Source of the DNA: Minisyncoccota bacterium
GTDB taxonomy: Bacteria; Patescibacteriota; Minisyncoccia; 2-02-FULL-40-12; IGHO2-12-FULL-4
Assembly (NCBI GenBank): GCA_036517795.1
Contig: DATDTF010000011.1
Coordinates: forward strand, 9,772-73,771
Direction of reading: 5' to 3'
DNA: 64,000 bases
Shown here: piece by piece, positions 26,322 through 35,443 of the stretch
Numbering within the stretch: the first letter of the stretch is position 1
How the letters are laid out: every line of letters starts with the position of its first letter
Position numbers and translations under genes: made by a program
Notes under the pieces: generated by a model
What the model saw: the letters and a program-made list of their open reading frames with translations, nothing else
The model's database searches: none
What the model was told of the DNA's origin: nothing

Positions 26322-27893
26322 TTATAGAGATTTTTTAATTCTTTCTTCTTCATAAACCTCCAGGATGTCTCCTTCTTTAACAAACATATTTGGAGCGATT
26401 GGCTGGCCGAAATCAACTCTTAAACCGGCTTCCAAACCTTCTGCAACTTCTTCCACATCCGCTTTTTGCTGTTGAAGCTGTCCGAGTTTTCCTTTCGTTA
26501 TTACATTACTGTTTCTAGTCACCTCAATCAATGCGCCTCTCTTGATTTTACCAGAAATCACTTTTCCTCCCACAACCTGATTTTTAGGGTCCTTTTTGAA
26601 TAAGGCCAACACCTTAAGCCTACCCAAGGAAATTCTATTAATTTCCGGATCTAAAAGGTCGGACATCTTTCTTTTTACCTCCTCCACCAGCTCATAAATT
26701 ATGTCAAAAGATTCTACCACTATCCCATCCCTTTCCGCCATTTGACGGAGAGAACTACTGGCCGGAACATGAAATCCCACCACCATAGACTTTGTCGCTA
26801 TGGCTTTTTTGATGTCACCTTCCGAGATGTTGCCAATGCCAAAATCCACAACTTTGTATCCGACTTCTTCTGATTTTATTGTTCTCAAAACTTGGTCAAT
26901 TGCCTCAAGAGAGCTTGAGACGTCAGCTTTAACTATTAAATTCAGACTTTTATTTTTACTCTTTTCCGGCCCGCTTGCTTGAATAAAAATTACCGGCCGG
27001 CCAAGAATTGAATTCTCTTTAGCTAACTTCAAAGCTTCTTCTCTGGAATCACTTCTCTTCACAACTTCGCCCAAAACCGGAGAGCTGGCCCAACCCAAAA
27101 CTACCGCCGGCTGTGACGGACCAGCCTTAGTCAAATTCCTACCTAAGAAATCCGCCATTGATTTAATTCTAACTGCTTCCGGGCCGGTTATAATCCAGTC
27201 ATTTGTATGAAAGAACCCGCTTTTGACTAAAATGGTAGCCACATGACCGCGTCGATTATCCAAATAGGAATCAATTATAACTCCCGTAGCAGAAGCATCA
27301 TCTGATTTAAGCTCTTCCAATTCGGCTACTAAAAGAATCATCTCCAACAAAGAATCTATACCTTGACCGGTTTTCGCTGAAACTTCTATTACCGGCGTCT
27401 TGCCGCCCCACTCTTCTATGAAAACATTGTTTTCTGAAAGTTCCTGCTTAACCTTCTGCACATTAGCGTTTTCTTTGTCTACTTTATTTATGGCGACAAT
27501 AAAAGGCGTCTTAGTCTCTTCAATAATTTTGATGGCTTCCTTTGTCTGAGGTTTTACACCCTCATCGGCGGCCACAACTAAAATTGCCACGTCAGCCACA
27601 TTAGCACCTCTGGAGCGTATGGCTGAAAAAGCCTCATGACCGGGAGTGTCCAGAAAAGTTATGGTGCGCAAGCTCGGCAGTGCAATATCGGAGGTTGGTT
27701 GGTTGTCTTTAGTTGACACTTCTACCTGATAAGCACCGATGTGCTGGGTAATCCCACCTGCTTCTCCTTCGGCAATTTTGGTTTTACGAATGTAATCCAA
27801 AATTTTAGTCTTACCATGGTCAACATGTCCCAAAACAACCACAATTGGTGGTCTGGTTTGAAAATTTACCTTTTTTTCCTGTGTTTCTGCCAT
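26322..27893 (-). CDS. infB: translation initiation factor IF-2 (short form)
   Basis: G-domain motifs [16 protein letters not shown] and NKVD. Beta-barrel domains. Carries an in-frame repeat insertion before DTPGH. Confidence 0.9.
   Translation of the reverse strand: [523 protein letters not shown]
27669..27702. repeat. MITE 5'-end fragment in frame within infB
   Basis: Minus strand reads caaccaacctccgatattgcactgccgagct and encodes [11 protein letters not shown], absent from canonical IF-2 between GAYxVE and ITFLDTPGH. Confidence 0.65.
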
Positions 27894-27949
27894 ATTAGAA
27901 GTTCAGAAAATATAGCATTTTAAAGTGTTTTGGGCAAATAAAAAAACCG

Positions 27950-28010
27950 TCCCTTAGGGACGGTGTCGGTTGCCTGATACCGGCAACTTTTTATAAGTTT
28001 AGCTACTGGC
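27950..28010 (-). terminator. tandem hairpin terminator downstream of the PBP gene
   Basis: On the minus strand, GTTGCCGGTATCAGGCAAC then CCGTCCCTAAGGGACGG followed by a T7 run. Confidence 0.5.
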
Positions 28011-28076
28011 TGTTATGGTCCAATCCAGAAAAGCCTCCTGAAGCATATTTACCGTCAACAAATTTGCTCACAAGCA

Positions 28077-30071
28077 TTAATTTGCATTGGGGTTTATTAA
28101 TTTCTGAACCTTTTCTTCCACTGACGTAGAAAAAATTTCTTTAGGTTTATCTTTGTATATTTCTTCTATAATTCGCCTGCATATTGGAGCGGCAAGCAAA
28201 CCTCCGGTCTGTCTGGCACCAATGCTTTTGGGCGTGTCATAGCCAAGCCTGACTCCAACCGTATAACCACGAGCACCGGGGGTAAAACCAAAAAACAAAA
28301 CGTCGCGGGATTCGTTTGTTGTTCCCGTCTTGCCGGCAACTTTCTGTTCTATGCCCTTGAAAGTAAGTTTGGCTGTTCCTATTTCCGTAACCGCTCTCAT
28401 CAAAGCCGTCATATCTTCTGCAACCTCGGGAGAAAGAACATTTTTTGCTGCCGGCTCTTTCTGATAAAGAATTTTGCCTTCAGAGTCGGCAATTTCGTAA
28501 ACAATAACCGGTTCGTAGTAAGAACCCTGGTTTGGAAAAACAGAAAAAGCCGCTGTAAGCTCCAGCAGACCCACCGACGAAGCACCGATAGCAGTCGGCA
28601 AATAAGGATCAAGTTTGCTTTTTATACCCATCTCATGAGCCGTTGCTATGACATCTTTGATACCGATTCTGCTGGCTAGAAATATTGTCGCAACATTTCT
28701 AGAAAGCACTAAACCCCGCCAAAGGTCAATAAAACCCATAAAATCCGGGTGTGACTTTTCACGAAAGTTTTTAGGACTCCACCATTTAAGGACTTTGCCA
28801 TGAAAACTTATTTTCCCAGGCAAGTGGATTGGACAGTCACAGATTTTGTCATAGAAACTCCAACCTTCTTTCAAGGCGGTAGCATAAGTAAAAATTTTAA
28901 AAGCCGAACCCGGTTGCCGAATGGCAGACTGTTGGACAGCGCGGTTGTACTTGGTTTCGGCAAAATCATGCCCACCGACAACAGCCACTATTTTGCCGGA
29001 AAAATTCTCAATCACCACTACCGCACCCTCGAGTTTTTCTTTGTCGTTTTTCCAATCCGAGTTTAATTTTGCCAAATGTTCCTTCAGAACTTCGGTTACA
29101 GTTTTCTGTATGCGGCTGTCTATGGTAGTTTTAACTTTCAAGCCGCCATTGTGCCATATTTGGTCCCGGTTGTAGCCTTTTTCCAAGAGTGTTCTTCTCG
29201 CAAAATCTTTGGCATAGTCAAAACTCGGTTCTGTTTTGGAAATGTTCAAGTTAATTGCCTCAAGTTTGAAACGTTCATATTCTTCTTTTGTTATAAATTT
29301 GTTTTCGGCCATCAGCATCAAAACCCGGTTTCTTCTTTCAACAGCCGCTTTTTCCTGATTTATAGGCGAAAACCTAGCGGGGGACTTGATTAACGCTGCC
29401 AAAACTGCCGCTTCAGGGACAATTAAGTCCTTCAACTCTTTGCCAAAATAGTAGCGGCTGGCTTCAACTACGCCGAAACGGCCGTGGCCTAAATAGACAT
29501 AGTTAACATAGGTTTCAAAAATTTCTTCTTTGCTATAATGCTTCTCCAACTGCACAGCCAAACGGGCTTCTTTCCACTTTCTTTTATATCCCATTTCTCT
29601 GTTTTTGAATTCGGGCACCTCATCTTCGTAGAGCAAGCGGGTTAGCTGTTGAGTGACGGTGCTTGCTCCCGAAACCGTCCTTCTGGCCAGCGTGTTGTGA
29701 ACGAAAGCCCTGACTATAGAGATTGGGTCAATGCCGAAGTGATAAAAACTGTAAAAAAACCTTTCATCTTCAGTCGCAAGTACGGCGTTTTTGACAAGCG
29801 GAGGAATATCTTTGAATTTTACCGGATCACGGTTTTCATAAAAGAATCTGCCGGCAATTTTTTCGTCTTTGGAATAGATATAGGAAGAACGGTTAAGTTT
29901 CAGGTCAGAAAGCTTTTTGACATTCGGCAAATCGCTTGTTTTAAGATACACGTACAGGAAAAAAACGCCGCCAGCGGCTATTGCCAAGACGACTATCACG
30001 CAAAACATCAAAAACAAGTAAAGGGCAATTTTCTTAAGTAATTCCACCTGCTGCCTCTTTTCAAAGTTCAA
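28077..30071 (-). CDS. class A penicillin-binding protein (transglycosylase/transpeptidase)
   Basis: N-terminal TM. GT51 motifs (ATEDERFFYS..GIDPISIVRA). Transpeptidase SAFK and KTGT motifs. Confidence 0.8.
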   Translation of the reverse strand: MNFEKRQQVELLKKIALYLFLMFCVIVVLAIAAGGVFFLYVYLKTSDLPNVKKLSDLKLNRSSYIYSKDEKIAGRFFYENRDPVKFKDIPPLVKNAVLATEDERFFYSFYHFGIDPISIVRAFVHNTLARRTVSGASTVTQQLTRLLYEDEVPEFKNREMGYKRKWKEARLAVQLEKHYSKEEIFETYVNYVYLGHGRFGVVEASRYYFGKELKDLIVPEAAVLAALIKSPARFSPINQEKAAVERRNRVLMLMAENKFITKEEYERFKLEAINLNISKTEPSFDYAKDFARRTLLEKGYNRDQIWHNGGLKVKTTIDSRIQKTVTEVLKEHLAKLNSDWKNDKEKLEGAVVVIENFSGKIVAVVGGHDFAETKYNRAVQQSAIRQPGSAFKIFTYATALKEGWSFYDKICDCPIHLPGKISFHGKVLKWWSPKNFREKSHPDFMGFIDLWRGLVLSRNVATIFLASRIGIKDVIATAHEMGIKSKLDPYLPTAIGASSVGLLELTAAFSVFPNQGSYYEPVIVYEIADSEGKILYQKEPAAKNVLSPEVAEDMTALMRAVTEIGTAKLTFKGIEQKVAGKTGTTNESRDVLFFGFTPGARGYTVGVRLGYDTPKSIGARQTGGLLAAPICRRIIEEIYKDKPKEIFSTSVEEKVQKLINPNAN

Positions 30072-30108
30072 TTTTTACTGTTGAATAAGTTATCACTACT
30101 GGAGGTCT

Positions 30109-31233
30109 TTGACAATGGTTGAAAAAAGAGCCGATATTGCTGTAATTGGCGCGGGGGTTGTGGGCTGCGCAATCGCCAGACAGCTGTCTATAACTAGACC
30201 TAGCACAAAAATTGTTGTTTTGGAAAAACTAAGGAGCGTTGGTCTGGAGACCAGCAGTTTAAACAGCGGTGTCTTACACTCCGGCATTCATCAAAATCCA
30301 AACTTTCTAAAGTCAAAACTAGCCAGAGAAGGCAGTAAGATGGCGGCCTATTACATGAAAATCCGCTCCCTGCCGGTGATGCACTGCGGGATGCTGATAG
30401 TGGTTTCTCAAGAGTCTCTAAGGCATGGGCTTTATAAAGAATGGCTAGATTTATGGCAACTGATAAAAAAGGGTAAAGAGCAAAAAATTAACTTAAAATT
30501 TTTGACACCACTTGGAATTAAAAAAATTGAGCCAAACATCAGAGCTCTCGGCGGTATTTTTATTTCCAACGTTTGGGTTATCGACCCGACAACTTTAGTT
30601 AATTCACTTTATAAAGAGGCTCAAGCAAATGGCGTCAGTTTCTTTTTTGAAAGTCCGGTTATTTCAGCAGACAAAACCAATGGCACCTATCTGCTTTCAA
30701 CGCCCAACAAAGAGTTCTCTGCAAAAAAAGTAGTCAATGCGGCGGGTCTTTACGCCGACGAGGTTGCCCGAATGGCCGGTTTTGCGGAATATAAAATCTA
30801 CCCTTGGCGAGGTGAATATTATGAAGTAATAGGAGAAAAGAAAAAATTGGTCAGCCGTTTGGTTTATCCGGCACTGCCCGCCAATTATCCCGGAAAGGGA
30901 ATTCACTTTAGTCCCAGAGTTGACGGCAGATTATTCGTAGGCCCGAATGCCCGACCAGTTCCCAGAAAAAATTTTTACATAGAATGCAAAACTTCTGTTG
31001 CAGAATTTTTAAGGGCTGTCCAGCGCTTCTGTCCGCAAATTAAAGAAGAAGATTTGGTTTGGGCCTATTCTGGCATCCGACCCAAACTGACTAACGCCGC
31101 CGAAGAATCGGACTTTATAATAAAGTTAGACAATCAGAACCCCCACTGGTTGAATCTTGTCGGCGTTGAATCACCCGGACTTTCTTCTGCTATGGCCATT
31201 GCTGAATATGTAGAAAAGCTTTTCAAAAGCTAA
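30109..31233 (+). CDS. FAD-dependent oxidoreductase (DAO family, L-2-hydroxyglutarate/glycerol-3-phosphate oxidase-like)
   Basis: GAGVVGCAIARQL dinucleotide-binding motif at the N-terminus. 374 aa. Confidence 0.55.
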   Translation: MTMVEKRADIAVIGAGVVGCAIARQLSITRPSTKIVVLEKLRSVGLETSSLNSGVLHSGIHQNPNFLKSKLAREGSKMAAYYMKIRSLPVMHCGMLIVVSQESLRHGLYKEWLDLWQLIKKGKEQKINLKFLTPLGIKKIEPNIRALGGIFISNVWVIDPTTLVNSLYKEAQANGVSFFFESPVISADKTNGTYLLSTPNKEFSAKKVVNAAGLYADEVARMAGFAEYKIYPWRGEYYEVIGEKKKLVSRLVYPALPANYPGKGIHFSPRVDGRLFVGPNARPVPRKNFYIECKTSVAEFLRAVQRFCPQIKEEDLVWAYSGIRPKLTNAAEESDFIIKLDNQNPHWLNLVGVESPGLSSAMAIAEYVEKLFKS

Positions 31234-31433
31234 CCCACTTAACAGTGGGTTTTTTATAACTGGCGGAGGGTAGAGGAGTCTCCTTCGCCTCTCGTCGCGC
31301 CGTCGCGCTCCTCGGGCTAGGCACCATCTCGCGGTGACCGCTGGTGCGGTCACATCGCTCCGATGTTCGACTCCCACCACCTCTATTCCAAGACGGATTT
31401 AAACGTGCCTAAAGGCACCTTCAAATCCGTATG

Positions 31434-31515
31434 CGGAGGGTAGAGGAGTCGAACCTCTAAGGGCTTGCGCCCGGCGGTTTTCGAAACCGCTGCCATACCA
31501 TTAGGCGAACCCTCC
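31434..31515 (-). tRNA. tRNA-Ser(CGA), type II
   Basis: GGAGGGT acceptor. Anticodon loop TTCGAAA. 15 nt variable arm. T-arm AGAGGTTCGACTCCTCT. Hairpin terminator at 31383-31425. Confidence 0.75.
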
Positions 31516-31566
31516 AGACTTAGTAAATTAGCATTTTTAAGGTCTTTTTTCAACAAAAAAGCGGAT

Positions 31567-32262
31567 TTATTTCCGCTCATTTATACACTCCTCAAAATCC
31601 CCAAAAAAAGTCGGTACCGGAAAAACCATAACATGAAGACAGTTGTTATAAAACTCGTCTCTGACATGGATAAGGTTTAGATTCTGTAATTCCAGCAGAT
31701 ATTCCTTTAGCCAGCATAGTTCATCTCTTATTAAGTCCTTGGTGCTAATGTCAAAAGTTGCACCGGTAAGATGGCTGGACTGACGGTCAAGATTTTCCTC
31801 GTCCCAAATCGCATTTGGATTCCTTCTGGCCAAAGCTTTCTGATATTTTCTATGCCTAACAAGGCCCGTAATTTTGACTTTCTTTTTACTTCTCTTCTTG
31901 ATCTTCTGGGTATGTTCGTAAAAATCCTTGCTAAGTTGATTGATAAAAACCAAAGTCCAGGGACTTATGAAATGGGTTCTTTTATCCAGACTTGGGTCAA
32001 CAAAAAAATACTGCGTAGATGACGGAACGGAAACCAATTTCTTTAACCGCACGGCTTCTTTAACCTCTGACTCGTTCTCAAACCGCTGAAGTTTCCAGAG
32101 ATCAACCACAAAATTCTGCTTCTCCAACGAGTATTTGCCGAAAAAAGCTTCTTTAAAATCTTTGGCAGAATACTTTGAATTACAGCAACAATAAACCCTT
32201 GCTTCAGTATGTGCTGCTGAACAAAAGAAAAAAAACAAAAAACTTAAAAGAACTTTTGCCAT
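31567..32262 (-). CDS. hypothetical secreted protein (231 aa)
   Basis: Signal peptide MAKVLLSFLFFFFCSAAHTEA. No recognised domain. Confidence 0.35.
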   Translation of the reverse strand: MAKVLLSFLFFFFCSAAHTEARVYCCCNSKYSAKDFKEAFFGKYSLEKQNFVVDLWKLQRFENESEVKEAVRLKKLVSVPSSTQYFFVDPSLDKRTHFISPWTLVFINQLSKDFYEHTQKIKKRSKKKVKITGLVRHRKYQKALARRNPNAIWDEENLDRQSSHLTGATFDISTKDLIRDELCWLKEYLLELQNLNLIHVRDEFYNNCLHVMVFPVPTFFGDFEECINERK

Positions 32263-32295
32263 TGATGCGCTCCGATTTGTAAAGTTTCACCTTTG

Positions 32296-32366
32296 TGGAC
32301 CTACCGGGATTCGAACCCGGGACTAGCCCATGCCATGGGCTCGTGTTACCCCTATACCATAGGCCC
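32296..32366 (-). tRNA. tRNA-Ala(GGC) (probable)
   Basis: GGGCCTA acceptor with G3:U70. Anticodon loop ATGGCAT. T-arm CCGGGTTCGAATCCCGG. The D-stem has one mismatch. Confidence 0.5.
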
Positions 32367-33050
32367 TCTATAGGTTGCATTTAGTACTCTAATTATCGCG
32401 TCAATTTCGTTATATATTCCAGCATTAAGCAAATCAATTTTACAAACTCCTGGATATTTTTTCTTTTTAGTAGGCTTACCGATTGTTCGCTTATCAACTC
32501 TAGCTTTATAAAACTTGTTCTGCGGTATATTAGTAACCTTAGACCAGAAATGCTCTAGTTTTTTAATATTCTGATCAGCCCTACATTGTAGCGTACACCT
32601 AAAACTATCCTCGTAAAATTTAAAGCAAAATCTAAGCAAAACCAGAAAGAGGCTTATTATCTTAGGGTCTGAGTTGGCAAAAGATAAAGACCCTCTCTTG
32701 CCTTTTGATCCTTCGGCTGCATAAAGCAAGGAAAGGGCAATTTTGGCTACATCTTTGTTTTTTAATTTATCTAATAGATATCTATTTTTTTGAAAAAGAG
32801 AACTTAGATATTTTTCTCTTTTGGCCTTATTAACTGCAACCGCAATCAACCTACCACGTTCACCAGACTCTTTAACAATTTTGCATATTTTGTCCTTATA
32901 GTAATCTGGAAGAGATACATTTCTACACCAATAAGATAGCGTACTTTTAGGAATGTCGGACTTTAAAATTGCGCGAATCTCGCTAAAGGTCTTCCCATTC
33001 TTTCTTTCTTTAATAACCCTTTCCTGCAGGTAACTGTGGTTTGAAAGCAT
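32352..33050 (-). CDS. LAGLIDADG-type homing endonuclease-like protein (putative)
   Basis: LSLLYAAEGS matches the LAGLIDADGS consensus position by position. HTH-like N-terminus. The 3' end overlaps the tRNA-Ala 5' end by 15 nt. Confidence 0.35.
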   Translation of the reverse strand: MLSNHSYLQERVIKERKNGKTFSEIRAILKSDIPKSTLSYWCRNVSLPDYYKDKICKIVKESGERGRLIAVAVNKAKREKYLSSLFQKNRYLLDKLKNKDVAKIALSLLYAAEGSKGKRGSLSFANSDPKIISLFLVLLRFCFKFYEDSFRCTLQCRADQNIKKLEHFWSKVTNIPQNKFYKARVDKRTIGKPTKKKKYPGVCKIDLLNAGIYNEIDAIIRVLNATYRGPMV

Positions 33051-33089
33051 GTTTTAATTGTACCACAGAGCTTGTCCACGAGCAAAAAA

Positions 33090-33130
33090 GTAAGTACGCT
33101 CTGACGTTGACTGCTCCGCCGCTGAGCTAC
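33090..33130 (-). pseudogene. tRNA 5'-half fragment (GGGCCTG-TA-GCTCAGCGGCGGAGC), no matching 3' half found
   Basis: Canonical acceptor and D-arm, then the sequence diverges. Lies just upstream of the LAGLIDADG-like ORF. Confidence 0.4.
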
Positions 33131-33140
33131 AGGCCCTTTT

Positions 33141-33530
33141 TTAATAAGTGGAGAATCTTTTTTCTTTAAATTTTTTGTCGCTTTGCTTTTTGCTCTCCTT
33201 GTCATACCAATCTATAATATTTAAAGCGTCTGCGTAGTTTTCATCCATCAATTCTGCCGGTACATCCACCCCTTTAAGCACCTTTTTAATCGCCGCAAAA
33301 ACTTTTTCTCTCTCGAATTTATGGTCTTCGGAAGCAACCATACCAAAACTCGGATTGTTTTTGCGCAACTCTGTCAAGCGTCCTGCCTTGTAGCGTCTAA
33401 AAATATTAATGACATCATTCAGTTCCGAGTCACTCAACTCTTTCAGGCCTCTTGAAAAATCCGACTTAATTTCAACTCTTGGCCCGGAAAACTTATCTTC
33501 TCTTTTTTCTGTTTGCATATTAGTTAACAT
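33141..33530 (-). CDS. hypothetical protein (129 aa)
   Basis: ORF only. Charged, no recognised motif. Confidence 0.25.
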   Translation of the reverse strand: MLTNMQTEKREDKFSGPRVEIKSDFSRGLKELSDSELNDVINIFRRYKAGRLTELRKNNPSFGMVASEDHKFEREKVFAAIKKVLKGVDVPAELMDENYADALNIIDWYDKESKKQSDKKFKEKRFSTY

Positions 33531-33645
33531 TTAAAATTTCAATTGAAAAATATCACAAAAGTGATAGAATGGCAACCGACGGCGTGAAAACTCGGCAAAG
33601 AAAAATATCGGCAGATAAGAGATTTGTGGATTTCGTCAGCTTACT

Positions 33646-33717
33646 GCCCTCGTAGTTCAATGGACAGAACAAGACACTCCTAGCGTCTAGATCCATGTTC
33701 GACTCATGGCGAGGGCA
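33646..33717 (+). tRNA. tRNA-Arg(CCU)
   Basis: GCCCTCG acceptor. D-arm TAGTTCAATGGA. Anticodon loop CTCCTAG. T-arm CCATGTTCGACTCATGG. Confidence 0.7.
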
Positions 33718-33726
33718 CAAAGATAA

Positions 33727-35199
33727 ATGAAACTACCCGAAGAAGTAAAATTGATTTTAGAAAAGCTAACTGAAAACAATTTTCAGGCTTTTGTTGTTGG
33801 TGGCTGTGTGCGCGATTTATTGATGGGCAAAGAACCAAAAGACTGGGACGTAACAACAAATGCCAAGCCCGAAGAAATACAAAAAATTTTTCCTGACAGT
33901 TTTTATGAAAACGAGTTTGGTACGGTAGGCGTAAAGGTTTCAAGGAAAGTAAGCCCTCCGAATGCCGATATTGCAAATTCTCTTCAAGTAGTTGAGGTTA
34001 CTACCTACAGAACCGAGTCCAAATACACCGACAAAAGACATCCCGACAAAATTGAATTTGCCGACAAGCTTGAGGACGATTTAAAAAGAAGAGACTTCAC
34101 TGTTAATGCACTGGCCATGGACAGTGAGGGAAATATTATTGACCTTTTTAATGGGCAGAATGATTTGAAAAAAAAGATTGTTAAGGCCGTCGGCAATGCC
34201 GAAGAAAGGTTCTCTGAAGACGCTTTGCGCATGATAAGAGCAATAAGACTGGCTACGGTATTGGGCTTTGAGATTAAGACTGAAACACTGAAAGCCATCA
34301 AAGCAAAGCACTTACTAATGCAAATAATTTCAAAAGAGAGAATCAGGGATGAATTTGTAAAAATTATAAATTCTCCAGAGGCAAAAGCCGGCATGGAGTT
34401 GTTAAGAGAGACTGAACTAATGAGATATGTTGTTCCGGAAATCCTTGAAGGAGTCGGGGTGGAACAGAACCTCCACCATATTTATACTGTCTGGGAACAC
34501 AACGTCCGTGCTCTGCAATATGCCTGCGATAAAAACTATTCCACCGAAGTAAGGCTGGCTTCTTTACTGCATGATATCGGCAAACCCAGAGCAAAAAGAG
34601 GGGAGGGTAGAAATTCCACTTTTTATGGACACGAAGTTGTGGGAGCCAGAATGACTGCTCAAATTCTTGATCGTTTGAAATTGTCCAAAAACCAGACAGA
34701 TAAAATCACTAAATTGGTCAGATGGCATCTTTTCTATTACAATGTCGGCGAAGTTACCGAAAGCTCGGTTAGACGCTTGGTTGCTAATATAGGCAAGGAA
34801 AACGTTGAAGATTTGATTAAAGTCAGGGAGGCCGACCGTATTGGTTCCGGTACACCCAAGGCCAAGCCCTATAAGCTCCGCCATTTACAGTTTGTAATTG
34901 ATAAAGTGGCCCGAGATCCAATATCTCCAAAGATGCTTAAAGTTAACGGCAACGATATTATGAAACTCTTAGATATGGTTCCCGGACCAAAAATCGGTCT
35001 GATTATGTCCGCATTAATGGACGAAATACTTGACGACCCGACCAAAAATACCAAAGATTATTTAGAAAAAAGGGTAGAGGAACTAAGCAAACTTCCAGAC
35101 AAAGAACTTCTGAACTTGGGTCAGCAGGGAAAATCCAAGCTGGCTGAAGAAGAAGAAAAAGAAGTGGAGAAAATTAAGCAAAAGCATTTTGTAAGTTAA
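33727..35199 (+). CDS. cca: CCA-adding tRNA nucleotidyltransferase with HD domain
   Basis: FVVGGCVRDLLMG...DWDV head-domain motifs. HDIGKP HD motif. Embedded in a tRNA cluster. Confidence 0.85.
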   Translation: MKLPEEVKLILEKLTENNFQAFVVGGCVRDLLMGKEPKDWDVTTNAKPEEIQKIFPDSFYENEFGTVGVKVSRKVSPPNADIANSLQVVEVTTYRTESKYTDKRHPDKIEFADKLEDDLKRRDFTVNALAMDSEGNIIDLFNGQNDLKKKIVKAVGNAEERFSEDALRMIRAIRLATVLGFEIKTETLKAIKAKHLLMQIISKERIRDEFVKIINSPEAKAGMELLRETELMRYVVPEILEGVGVEQNLHHIYTVWEHNVRALQYACDKNYSTEVRLASLLHDIGKPRAKRGEGRNSTFYGHEVVGARMTAQILDRLKLSKNQTDKITKLVRWHLFYYNVGEVTESSVRRLVANIGKENVEDLIKVREADRIGSGTPKAKPYKLRHLQFVIDKVARDPISPKMLKVNGNDIMKLLDMVPGPKIGLIMSALMDEILDDPTKNTKDYLEKRVEELSKLPDKELLNLGQQGKSKLAEEEEKEVEKIKQKHFVS

Positions 35200-35204
35200 A
35201 TTTT

Positions 35205-35276
35205 CGGGCTGTAGTGTACCGGCAACACGGGTCGTTCGGGTCGATCAGACAGAGGGTTCGATTCCCTCCAGCCCGA
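35205..35276 (+). tRNA. tRNA-Pro(CGG)
   Basis: C1:G72 acceptor (CGGGCTG/CAGCCCG), typical of tRNA-Pro. Anticodon loop TTCGGGT. T-arm GAGGGTTCGATTCCCTC. Confidence 0.7.
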
Positions 35277-35368
35277 CAACATGAGTTTATATTTATCAAG
35301 AATAACTAGGCTTGGGCCTATAGCACAGTGGTAATGCGCCGCATTTTCACCCCGTTAGAAATGCCTCT

Positions 35369-35443
35369 GGGCCAGTAGCTCAGCGGCAGAGCACTGCATT
35401 CGCATTGCAGGGGTCGGGGGTTCAATTCCCCCCTGGTCCACCA
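35369..35443 (+). tRNA. tRNA-Ala(CGC) with encoded CCA
   Basis: GGGCCAG acceptor with G3:U70. D-arm TAGCTCAGCGGCAGAGCA. Anticodon loop TTCGCAT. T-arm GGGGGTTCAATTCCCCC. Flanked by a 15 bp inverted repeat. Confidence 0.8.

Noticed and set aside
31263-31382. Possible additional tRNA, SRP RNA or RNase P RNA in the GC-rich block next to tRNA-Ser
   Set aside because: No foldable cloverleaf (no 5' acceptor strand complementary to ACCCTCC) and no SRP or RNase P conserved motifs were found. It is interpreted as a tRNA 3'-end duplicate plus insert.
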